Shown here one piece after another: positions 25,288-34,831 of a stretch of DNA of 64,000 nt. Below the pieces are notes generated by a model that worked only from the letters and a program-made list of their open reading frames with translations, did not search any database and was not told the origin of the DNA. The translations under genes and the position numbers were made by a program. Positions within the stretch are counted from its first letter, which is position 1. Each line of letters opens with the position of its first letter. Source of the DNA: an uncultured Acidobacteriota bacterium (GTDB lineage Bacteria > Acidobacteriota > Thermoanaerobaculia > Multivoradales > UBA5704); the NCBI GenBank assembly GCA_963761645.1, contig CAVXIG010000067.1, positions 118,760 to 182,759 on the forward strand, written 5' to 3'.

Positions 25288-25378
25288 TCGCTTCCCTACG
25301 CTGGCATTACCCAGGTCAGGTGATGAGGGTCGTCCCCGAAGGACTCTCAGCCTTGCGGCCCCCCTAGCTCCGGGATGA
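25288..25378 (-). promoter_or_regulatory. TPP (THI-box) riboswitch upstream of thiC
   Basis: Minus-strand sequence ...ggggggccgcaaggCTGAGAgtccttcggggacgACCCtcatcaCCTGAcctgggtAATgCCAGCGtAGGGAagcg matches the TPP riboswitch consensus (CUGAGA ... ACCC ... CCUGAUCUGG ... AAUGCCAGCGUAGGGAA). It lies ~70 nt upstream of the thiC ATG (25221). Confidence 0.85.
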
Positions 25379-25396
25379 TCCTACACCGTCAGGGGA

Positions 25397-26002
25397 TCAA
25401 TACGCGAAGGCGCGGGCGTCGATAACCTCCCCGGTCTCGCTCCCCTCGACGCTGTCCACGTACGCGCGGGCCACCTGGGCGGCCGGCATGCCGGCGTCGC
25501 CGTCGCGCCCCATGGCTTCCAGCGTCTCGCTCACCCACGGCGGGCTGACGACGTTGATCCGCACCCCGCGCGGCATCTCCAGGGCGGCCGCCCGGGCGAA
25601 CCCCTCGAGGCCCGCGTTGACCAGGCTGATCGCCGCGCTCCCCCGCGTCGGCTCCTGGGAGAGCACGCCGCTGGTGAGCGTGAAGGAGCCGCCGTCGCGG
25701 ATCGTCGCCATCCCGGCGCGCACCAGATTCACCTGCCCCATCAGCTTGCTCGACAGGCTGAACTGGAAATCGGCGTCCGACAGCCCTTCCAGGGCGCCGA
25801 ACTTCGCCAGCCCCGCCACCGAGACCACGGCATCGAACGGCGCCGCCATCTCGAACAGGCGCTCGATGGAATCCTTCGCCGCCAGATCCACCTGATACTC
25901 CCCACCCGTGTGGCCGACCTGCACCACCTCATGCTTCCCCGCCAACGCCTCGACGACCGCCTTGCCGATGGTCCCCGTGGCTCCGATCACGATGATTCTC
26001 AT
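25397..26002 (-). CDS. short-chain dehydrogenase/reductase (SDR) family oxidoreductase
   Basis: ATG 26002 gives MRIIVIGATGTIGKAVVEAL (Rossmann glycine motif) within a ~200-aa SDR-like ORF. Confidence 0.8.
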   Translation of the reverse strand: MRIIVIGATGTIGKAVVEALAGKHEVVQVGHTGGEYQVDLAAKDSIERLFEMAAPFDAVVSVAGLAKFGALEGLSDADFQFSLSSKLMGQVNLVRAGMATIRDGGSFTLTSGVLSQEPTRGSAAISLVNAGLEGFARAAALEMPRGVRINVVSPPWVSETLEAMGRDGDAGMPAAQVARAYVDSVEGSETGEVIDARAFAY

Positions 26003-26085
26003 GCTGTTCCCCTCCTCTAGACCGCGCTCTCGCGCCTGGGCTGGCAGCATGGCAGGTGGGCGAAGGTGGGCGCAAGCCCCGCCCT

Positions 26086-27008
26086 TCAGCCGATCCGGGC
26101 GTCGAGCAGGTCGAGCACGCGGGCGTCGCCCTGGATATCGAACTTGCGTGCGAAGTAATGAGCGCCGCTGGTGATCGCCGGGAGGTCGTCCGCGGTCAGC
26201 GTCCGGGGTCTGCCGTCCCGGCTGCCGGTGAAGTCCGTATAGCGCAGATCGTCGTTCCGCAGCTCGAAGCGGCCGCCGTTGAGGAGCAGGGTCTGCACCA
26301 CGGCCTCGTCAGGGCAGATGGTGCCGTGAAACCACCGCAGCAGCTCCGGCTCACCGCGGGCGCGCTCGACGGCGTGCTCGGCGCAGGCCCGGCGGAGCGT
26401 CGTCCACTGCGTGCCGGCGTAGCAGGTGAGATCGCCCCCGAACGGCGACCCTCGCGAGCGCAGGCCGACCCGCGGCCCGTACACCAGATGGAAATGGACG
26501 AGCGACTGCATCGCCGTTGAGCGAGCGCAGCACCCGCAGTGCCGGGGTGGTCCAGCGCGGGGCCTCGCGGTACTGATACAGATAGCGGCGCACCCCCTGG
26601 CGGGGGCGGCCCCAGGGGTTCGCCGGAGCGCAGGCGTCCCAGTAGCGCAGAAAACCGTCGCAGCCGCTGGTCGCCAGCAGGGTCTCGAGCTCTTTCAGCG
26701 GCCGGACCGGGTAATCCTGAGCCGACAGGTAGACCAGCCAGTCGTAGGAGATTCCCCTCGCGGAGAGCCACTCCACGGCGTCGAAATAGGGCTGGATGAG
26801 CGAGAAATAGCCGCGCCGCGCCGGCTCGCGGAACTCGAAGACGTCGATGTCGAGCGGCCCGGCGCAATTCGTCCGCCGTACAATGGCCGGCGAACCCGTC
26901 ATGGCCGACGAGAATGAAGCAGTCGGGCTGCGCGCGCCGGAGCGTTCCCACCAGCCGGCGGATCTGCGGCGGCGCGAGATGATTCTGAATGAAGTAGCAG
27001 ATCCGCAC
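26086..27008 (-). CDS. glycosyltransferase, GT14 (core-2/I-branching)-like (frameshifted)
   Basis: N-term MRICYFIQNHLAPPQIRRLVGTLRRAQPDCFILVGHDG (ORF 26196..27008). Middle ...SARGISYDWLVYLSAQDYPVRPLKELETLL... (frame of 26351..27688). C-term ...AGTQWTTLRRACAEHAV...ICPDEAVVQTLLLNGGRFEL...AHYFARKFD (ORF 26086..26511). These resemble the GT14 motifs (GSQWF.L.R, PDE). Confidence 0.55.
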
Positions 27009-27041
27009 TCAAAGAATGCTAACTCAAGACGACATCCAACA

Positions 27042-28031
27042 ATGAAGATCACCTTCTTCCTGGCCGGAGAGAACGACCTCGCGGCCCTGCGGCGCCTCGA
27101 TCCGGACCGGGACTGGCGGGAGTTCCAGCGCGGCGAGCGCGTCTGGATCCTGCAGACCTGTCTGCGGCTGGCGCGCGCGGGGTACCCCGTCGAGCTGGCC
27201 GCGTCACCGCCTGCCGAGGGGATCGTCGTCTTCCATGCGAAACAGGCCCGGGCGCTGCGCTCCCAGTGGCGGCGGCTGGGGAACGCCGTTCTCCTCGGGG
27301 CGCGGGCCGACAACCGGGAGCCCCTGATCGCCGACTTCGAGGTCGTGCAGAATGGCCGCTTCGCGGACGAGGAGCGGCGCTTCCTCGTCCCCCACTGGCC
27401 GCAGCCGGCCCTGCTCCCCCGCGATCCCTCTCGCGGCGCCGCGATCCGGCGGATCGCCTTCAAGGGGTTCGAGCAGAACCTCCATCCCGAGTTCCGGTCG
27501 CCGGCCTGGCGGGAGTTCCTCGCCGGGAGGGGGATCGAATGGGAGATCGACGCGGTGCCGTTCGCCGGCGCTTCGACGGACCAGGCGGGGATCGACTGGC
27601 CTGACTTCCGGCAGGTGGACCTGTTGCTGGCGGTACGTCCGGAGGACCGGCGCCTGTGGACGCCGAAACCCGCCTCGAAGCTCTTCAACAGTTGGCTCGC
27701 CGGCGTCCCGGCCCTGCTCGGGCCGGAGTACGCCTATCGCGAGCTCCGCCGGTCGGAGCTGGACTACCTGGAAGTGAGCTCCCTGGCGGAGGCGAAGGCG
27801 GCGGTGCTCCGGCTCCTGGAGCGGCCGGATCTGTATCAGGCGATGGTCGAGAACGGCCGCGCCCGCGGCGCCGAGTTCACCGCCGAGGCGACCCTGTCGC
27901 GATGGGTGGACCTGTTGACCCGGAAGATCCCGGCCCTGGCCGCCTCCCGCTCCAGCCGCCGCCTACCCCTGCCGGTCCGCGCGGCGGGGCGCTGGCTGCG
28001 CCGGACCGCCACTCTGCGCCCCGCCCGGTAG
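27042..28031 (+). CDS. hypothetical protein, possible glycosyltransferase-like
   Basis: Inner ATG 27042 (MKITFFLAGENDL...). Intact 329-aa ORF with no frameshift. Weak resemblance of the C-terminal half to GT-B C-domains. Divergent from the GT14-like gene. Confidence 0.55.
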   Translation: MKITFFLAGENDLAALRRLDPDRDWREFQRGERVWILQTCLRLARAGYPVELAASPPAEGIVVFHAKQARALRSQWRRLGNAVLLGARADNREPLIADFEVVQNGRFADEERRFLVPHWPQPALLPRDPSRGAAIRRIAFKGFEQNLHPEFRSPAWREFLAGRGIEWEIDAVPFAGASTDQAGIDWPDFRQVDLLLAVRPEDRRLWTPKPASKLFNSWLAGVPALLGPEYAYRELRRSELDYLEVSSLAEAKAAVLRLLERPDLYQAMVENGRARGAEFTAEATLSRWVDLLTRKIPALAASRSSRRLPLPVRAAGRWLRRTATLRPAR

Positions 28032-28045
28032 GCTGCAAAAGAAAG

Positions 28046-28125
28046 ACGGGGCTCTCCTCCCCCCGGCGCAAGGACGGAGAGCCCCCGGCGTACCCGCTGA
28101 ACGGGTACGTCTCTTGGTTCAGTTT
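28046..28125 (+). terminator. tandem hairpins 3' of 27042..28031
   Basis: Hairpins cggggctctcc-N18-ggagagccccg and cgtacccg-ctgaa-cgggtacg, followed by the T-rich stretch tctcttggttcagtttt. Confidence 0.45.
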
Positions 28126-28391
28126 TCAAAGAATGAAATCAGCTTTCGCCGCGCGAAAAAGCGATCGGTTCGCACGGCGGATTCAATTCCACCGGGATCA
28201 CGCCTTTCTCTGCCGGCATTGGCCGCTGAACGCATGATATTCATAATAGCCATCGGCCACAAGCCTCTTCCGGGGCCGGATCTTCCCCGATCGGTATCGA
28301 TTGGCCTTTCCCTCCTGTAAAAGGGCTTTTCCTGGAGAGAAAGATCTTTCCCCGGTCGGGACGGCCTTTTCGGAGGGGGCGAAGAGGGGGG

Positions 28392-28420
28392 TTGACGAGA
28401 TCGCCCGATCCGGGTATAGT
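28392..28420 (+). promoter_or_regulatory. sigma70-like promoter (TTGACG-17-TATAGT)
   Basis: ggggggTTGACGagatcgcccgatccgggTATAGTacgcatac. It is ~150 nt upstream of ATG 28576, implying a long 5'UTR. Confidence 0.5.
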
Positions 28421-28575
28421 ACGCATACTTCACGGATTCACCCAGGAGAGTCACCCTGGTTTTCGGAACCCCGACGCACTGCTTCCGGATAGGCCGGAGG
28501 CGGGGCGTATAACAATCGATTGGGAACAGGGATCGGGATAATCCCCCCAGTCACACGATGAAAAGGAGAAGGATC

Positions 28576-28974
28576 ATGGCAACGAAAGGTAGTTCCATTC
28601 CCGAACGGATCGCGCGGTGGAAGGTGATCTCCGCCGGTCTCAGGCCGCTCCTCACGGACATGCCGCACCTCGCGGTGCTGCATGCCGAGCTGGAGAGGAT
28701 CATCACGCAGGCCGAGGAGCTCGACGTCCGGGCGGAGGCGCTCAAAGCCGAGAGCCGGGAGGTCAACAGCAACCGCGAGACGGTCGTGCGCGCCGGCGAC
28801 AATCTCCGCGGCCGTCTCGGCGCCTCGCTGCAGACGGCCTACGGCTTCCAGAGCGAGAAGCTGATCGAGTTCGGCCTCAAGCCGCGCAAGGCCCGGGGGC
28901 GCGACAAGAAACCGCGGGTCCGGCGCAATCCGGCGCCCGCGCCGGAATCGCCCGCGGCCGGCCCGGCGACGTAA
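28576..28974 (+). CDS. hypothetical small basic protein
   Basis: RBS aaaaGGAGaaGGAtc before ATG 28576 (MATKGSSIPERIARWKV...). 132 aa, coiled-coil-like with a Lys/Arg-rich C-terminus. Followed by a terminator. Confidence 0.6.
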   Translation: MATKGSSIPERIARWKVISAGLRPLLTDMPHLAVLHAELERIITQAEELDVRAEALKAESREVNSNRETVVRAGDNLRGRLGASLQTAYGFQSEKLIEFGLKPRKARGRDKKPRVRRNPAPAPESPAAGPAT

Positions 28975-28998
28975 AGACATAAAGAGGTAGACCCGTCA

Positions 28999-29037
28999 GG
29001 GCGGGTTCGGCGCGGCTGGCCGGACCCGCCCTTTTTG
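28999..29037 (+). terminator. rho-independent terminator
   Basis: gggcgggttcgg-cgcggctgg-ccggacccgccc followed by TTTTTG. Confidence 0.6.
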
Positions 29038-29086
29038 TCGAAAAACGTGTGAAATGTGAGCGGTTCGCTCTTTGACAACTAAAACC

Positions 29087-29123
29087 GAAAACCCCAGGGG
29101 AGCAGACGCGGACTGCTCCCCTG
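29087..29123 (-). terminator. perfect hairpin downstream of 29134..30912 (minus)
   Basis: cccaggggagcag-acgcgga-ctgctcccctggg (13-bp perfect stem), 10 nt after the stop of the minus-strand gene. Confidence 0.45.
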
Positions 29124-29133
29124 GGCCCTACCT

Positions 29134-30912
29134 TCACAGGGCCGCCCCTAGCCGTCGATGCCAAAATGCGATGAGGCGCTCGAACATGGAAGCTAGTCTA
29201 TACCCCCGGTCGAGCACCCGGTAGATCGAGATCCCCTCCTCCTGGTAGACCCACTCCATCTGGCGCTCCGGCCCGGTGCCGAACCGGCCTTCCCAGCGCT
29301 TGACGATCCTGATCTCGCGCGGTTTCCCGGCGTGGACCACGAGGTGGGTGATCCCCATCCTGCGCAGCAGGTCGAAGCCGTCGGCGTGGGGGACGAACCG
29401 GATGTGGTTGACGAGCCCGAGGTAGCTCTCCGCCATATAGCCGCTGTAGCCGTTGGCGATCGGTTTCCAGTGCACGGTGGCGGCGTAGAGGTAATCGTTC
29501 TCCCGGGCGTCCGCGTAGAGGGGGAGCTCGACGAGCGCCTTGACGCCGGGCTGGTCCCGCAGCCAGAAGTACGCCCGCGGCAGCTCCTTCTCGCGCGGCA
29601 CCCGTTCCCAGGCGATCCCGCGCGGGGCCAGCTCGAGGGCGAGGAGACCCGCGAGCCCCAGGGCGACGGCCGCCCGCGCCCGCGGGGTGGAGGCGCGGCG
29701 CAGCAGGAGGTCCACGCCGCGGGCGGCGAAGTAGACCACGGTGAGGGAGACGAAGGCATAGAACCGCGCCGGAACGCGCATCCCGGAGAGCCCGGGAATG
29801 ACTCGGGCGAGCGGCACGTACACCGGGGCGAACGAGAGGGCGAAACAGATCAGGCCCGACAGCGCGAGCCCCCGGGCCCAGGGGTCCGCCTTCCCCTCCC
29901 TCAGCCCGCGAAACGCGGCGAAGGCCCCCACGAAAAAGAGCAGCGTCGGCAGGAAGCCGGCGAACAGCTCGTTCTCGGGCCGATAGAAGAGATCCGCGCG
30001 CTCGCCCAGCAGGCCGTGCAGGAACCGCCCCGCCCCTTCGCCGAAATAAAGGTTTTGGCCGCTGGGGCTGAAGTAGCTGGCCAGCCTGGCACTGTACTGC
30101 TCGATCTCCTCCGGCGGCCGGGAGAGCCCCTGCGCGCGGGCCACCCGCACGTAGGGCAGGAAGAACGCGGCCACCGCCACCCCCGCCACCAGCGCCACCG
30201 GCGCCAGCACGCGCAGCGAGCGCAGGGAGACCAGCTCTCTCCGCTCCGCGGCGGCCCGGCTGAGCAGGATCGCCAGCAGCGGAAAATGAATCATGTACGC
30301 GAGGTAGCAGCCCCCCGACAGGTTGAGCAGATAGAACAGCAGGAAGAGGGCGGCGTCCTTCGCCGTCCGCCGGGCGAGCAGGCGGTCCCAGAACCAGAGG
30401 GTGAGCGGGATCCACTGCGCGATCAGGATCTGCAGATGGGCCATCTGCGCGAGCCGGAAGCAGGAGAAGGCGTACATCCATCCGCCCAGCACGGCCGCCG
30501 TCCAGGTGAGCCCGCTCCGGCGCAGCACCCAGCAGACCGCGAGGGCGCTCGCCACGAAGGAGGAGAGGAAGAGGAAGTTGTAGCCGGCGACGGCGTTGGG
30601 GACGGCCCGCAGGAACAGGACGAGCTCGGCCGCCGGCCCCAGCAGATGATCGGAGAACGCGAGGGCCCCCCGGGTCGGATAGAAGATGTTGGCGTCCCAG
30701 ACGCCGGGCAGGCCGAGCTGGATCTGGTGGGCTCCCCACTTGAGCACGTAGAGGTTGAAGAACGGGTCGCCGAGGTCGGGGCCGATGTGGTCCCCCCAGA
30801 GACGGGGGAGCGGCCAGAAGTAGACGAGGACGCCGGCCGTGTAGAGGAGCAGCACGGCCGGCCACGCGAGCGCGCGCGGCCAGCCGGGGGAGTCCTGGGG
30901 TTCCGGAGTCAT
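29134..30912 (-). CDS. large polytopic integral membrane protein (possible YfhO/PMT-like glycosyltransferase)
   Basis: Intact 592-aa ORF with ~12-14 predicted TM helices and a C-terminal soluble domain. No frameshift. The function is unknown. Confidence 0.7.
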   Translation of the reverse strand: MTPEPQDSPGWPRALAWPAVLLLYTAGVLVYFWPLPRLWGDHIGPDLGDPFFNLYVLKWGAHQIQLGLPGVWDANIFYPTRGALAFSDHLLGPAAELVLFLRAVPNAVAGYNFLFLSSFVASALAVCWVLRRSGLTWTAAVLGGWMYAFSCFRLAQMAHLQILIAQWIPLTLWFWDRLLARRTAKDAALFLLFYLLNLSGGCYLAYMIHFPLLAILLSRAAAERRELVSLRSLRVLAPVALVAGVAVAAFFLPYVRVARAQGLSRPPEEIEQYSARLASYFSPSGQNLYFGEGAGRFLHGLLGERADLFYRPENELFAGFLPTLLFFVGAFAAFRGLREGKADPWARGLALSGLICFALSFAPVYVPLARVIPGLSGMRVPARFYAFVSLTVVYFAARGVDLLLRRASTPRARAAVALGLAGLLALELAPRGIAWERVPREKELPRAYFWLRDQPGVKALVELPLYADARENDYLYAATVHWKPIANGYSGYMAESYLGLVNHIRFVPHADGFDLLRRMGITHLVVHAGKPREIRIVKRWEGRFGTGPERQMEWVYQEEGISIYRVLDRGYRLASMFERLIAFWHRRLGAAL

Positions 30913-30971
30913 CGGGCGGGATTGTAGGTCAATCCTCGGCCTCCACCGCCGGCATCAATGCCCGGGCGGCC

Positions 30972-33035
30972 CTACGCCGCCGCCCCGTTCCCCGAATTCC
31001 CCTTCTGATCGCTCTGGATGCTGCGGCGCAGCTCGGAGCGCAGGGTCTCGGCCTGGGGATCGGCGTCCACCGTGGGCAGGACGCCCACGCCCACCGTCTC
31101 GCCCAGCTTGCCGGAGAGCAGCAGGGCGAGCAGGTTCTCCACCAGGCTGCCGCCCCCCTTGCCGTCGCTGCTCATCTGGATCTTCGGCACGACGTCGGCG
31201 TGCGACTTCTCGATCGCCTCGGCGAACCGGCCCATCACGTTCTGGATCAACTGGAACTGCGGGCCGCCGTAGGCGCGCACCTGCTCCTCGAGAGCCAGCG
31301 CCTGGGCGATGCCCACGCGGCCGGCGCGATCGGCCTCGGACTCGCCGACCAGCCGGATCTTCTGCGCCTCGCCCTCCGCCAGGATGCGGGTCTTCGCCGC
31401 CTCCGCGGTCGCCAGGGCCTGGATCTGCGACGCCTGCTGCTGGGCGCGGGCGTACTCGGCCTTACCCTGGTTGGACTGCACGGTGATGGCGATCTCCGAC
31501 TCGGTGAGCGCCTGCTGCTGGCGCGCCCGGCTCTCCGCCTCGCGCAGCTCGCGCTCCTTGACCGCGGCGCGCTCCTGCCGGTTGTAGGTCTCCACCTGCT
31601 CCTCGGCGATCTGCCGCGAGCGGAGCTGCACCAGGATCTGCTCGATCTGGCCGCCGCCTTCACCCGACGTGGGCGTGCCGATCAGCACCTCCTGCAGCTC
31701 GAGGTTGTAGACCGTGAACTTCTCCTTCATCTGCACGCCCGAGAGGTCCTGGATCTCCGAGCGGTCCTGGAGGAGCTGGATCAGGGTGCGGGTCTGGCCG
31801 ATGTTCTTGAAATAGGCGCTGACCATCGGGTCCAGCGTCTGCTCGACCAGCTTCTTGACGTCCCCGAAGCGCTGGATGACCAGCGGCGCCTTGCGGTAGT
31901 CGATGTGCACCACCACCGACAGCGGCAGGCTCGGCTCGAAGGCGTCCTTGGTGATCAGCTTCACCTCGGCGAGGTTCTCGTCGAACTTGTGGGAGCCCGT
32001 TTCCGTCCGGTTCCACTTGAGGATGAAGTTGGTCGTCGGCACCATGATCACCTTGCCGGCGTAGGTGTTGAACGCGTACTTGCCCGGCAGCAGCGGCTCG
32101 CTCCAGACGCCGCGCTCCCCCACCGTCACCAGCTCGCCGTGCTTGTAGTCCTTGCCCGAGAGGTCGCGCCCGCTGTCGCCGGTGTAGGAGACGACGACGC
32201 CGACGGTGCCGACCTCGACGGTGGTCTTCGGCACCAGCTCCTCGGTGGCGAAGAGGCGGTTGATGTAGTAGGTGCCCTCGACCAGCACCTGGAGCTGCCG
32301 GCCGCGCTGGCCGCCGGCGAGCAGGAACTTGTCGGCGTCCTGGAAGCTGTTGTGGTACGTCTGGGCTTGAGCGGGATCGTTGCCGACCAGCGGCGCGATG
32401 ATCTCCCCCGACGGCACGGCCGGGCCGTCGTGCACGGTGACGATGGCGATGCGGTCCTCGGCGCCGCGGATGACCACCGGGTGGTAGCCGTCGCGCTCGC
32501 CGATGAGCTGCCCCATCTTGGCGAACACCGCCTCCTCGCTGCGGTCCAGGGGCAGGTAGTAGAGATGGTCGCGGGTCAGCACCACGAACAGCGCCAGGTT
32601 GATCGCATAGGAGCCCTCGCGCAGGAGCATGCGCTGCGGGCCCTTCTGGCCGCCGGCGCGCAGGAAGGCCGCGGCGTCCTGGAAGTCGTGGGCGCGCACG
32701 TTGGAGGCCAGCGACTGGGACGGCGGCAGCGACTGGCCGTCGCGGGCGAAGATATAGCCGATCTCACCCTGCGGGATGGTGACCAGCGGCATTCTGTGGA
32801 CGCGGTACTGGAACGGCTTCAGGAAGTGCCAGCCGCCGCGCAGGAGCTCCGGCTGGAAACCGGCCTCCTTCTCCAGCGCGATCAGGCCGGAGTGCACGGA
32901 ACCCTTGGCGCTGATGAGCTTCTCCAGGATCCCCACCCGGTTGTTGGGAATGTAGACCAGCATCGAGCGAAGGATCACGACGAAGAGGAGGAACCCCACG
33001 GCGAGGGCGGCGACGATGAAGAGGGACATGATCAT
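30972..33035 (-). CDS. flotillin / SPFH (band-7) domain protein
   Basis: Intact 687-aa ORF: N-terminal TM anchor, SPFH-like region, then a long coiled-coil with EA/Q-rich heptads (...REAESRARQQQALTESEIAITVQSNQGKAEYARAQQQASQIQALATAEAAK...) typical of flotillin/YqiK-like proteins. Confidence 0.85.
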   Translation of the reverse strand: MIMSLFIVAALAVGFLLFVVILRSMLVYIPNNRVGILEKLISAKGSVHSGLIALEKEAGFQPELLRGGWHFLKPFQYRVHRMPLVTIPQGEIGYIFARDGQSLPPSQSLASNVRAHDFQDAAAFLRAGGQKGPQRMLLREGSYAINLALFVVLTRDHLYYLPLDRSEEAVFAKMGQLIGERDGYHPVVIRGAEDRIAIVTVHDGPAVPSGEIIAPLVGNDPAQAQTYHNSFQDADKFLLAGGQRGRQLQVLVEGTYYINRLFATEELVPKTTVEVGTVGVVVSYTGDSGRDLSGKDYKHGELVTVGERGVWSEPLLPGKYAFNTYAGKVIMVPTTNFILKWNRTETGSHKFDENLAEVKLITKDAFEPSLPLSVVVHIDYRKAPLVIQRFGDVKKLVEQTLDPMVSAYFKNIGQTRTLIQLLQDRSEIQDLSGVQMKEKFTVYNLELQEVLIGTPTSGEGGGQIEQILVQLRSRQIAEEQVETYNRQERAAVKERELREAESRARQQQALTESEIAITVQSNQGKAEYARAQQQASQIQALATAEAAKTRILAEGEAQKIRLVGESEADRAGRVGIAQALALEEQVRAYGGPQFQLIQNVMGRFAEAIEKSHADVVPKIQMSSDGKGGGSLVENLLALLLSGKLGETVGVGVLPTVDADPQAETLRSELRRSIQSDQKGNSGNGAAA

Positions 33036-33152
33036 CTCCAGTTTCTGGATCGAGTTATTTGGATCGGCGGTCTGGAATCTACCCCAGGCCCCATGGCGAC
33101 GCCCCGCCGACGGCGGTTCGGGGGGCCATGAACTGGATCAGGGGGTATATAG

Positions 33153-34353
<1,201 letters not shown>

Positions 34354-34486
34354 ACAGCACTTCTTCGGGCCCGTCCGAGGCCTCCCGCCCGGGCATTAAT
34401 GCCCGGGCGGGCCTATCCGCTCTCCTTGACAGACTAGGAGAGCGCATGCCACCATTCCCCTAGTCAAGCTAGGAGAACGAAACGCC

Positions 34487-34830
34487 ATGCCCAAGACCGC
34501 GGACCTGCTTCCCGGCACCCTCGACATGCTGATCCTCAAGGCGGTGTCGCTTGAAACCGCTGCACGGGTATGGCGTGCTGCTGCGCATCCGCCAGATCTC
34601 CGGCGACGCGCTGGAGGTGCCGCAAGGCTCCCTCTATCCGGCGCTCTACCGGCTGGAGCACCAGAAGCTCATCGCCTCCGAGTGGGGGCAGAGCGACAAC
34701 AACCGCAAGGCCAAGTTCTACACCCTGACCGAGGCCGGGCCGTCTCCGCCTGCAGGAGGAGACGGCCGACTGGAAGCGCCTGGCGTCCGCGATTGCCGCG
34801 GCCCTGAACACCGTGCCGGACGAGGTGTGA
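34487..34830 (+). CDS. PadR-family transcriptional regulator (frameshifted)
   Basis: MPKTADLLPGTLDMLILKAV... (34487..34807) continues as ...LHGYGVLLRIRQISGDALEVPQGSLYPALYRLEHQKLIASEWGQSDNNRKAKFYTLTEAG (34551..35093), a canonical PadR winged-helix sequence. The stop TGA 34828-34830 overlaps the next ATG. Confidence 0.7.
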
Positions 34831-34831
34831 C

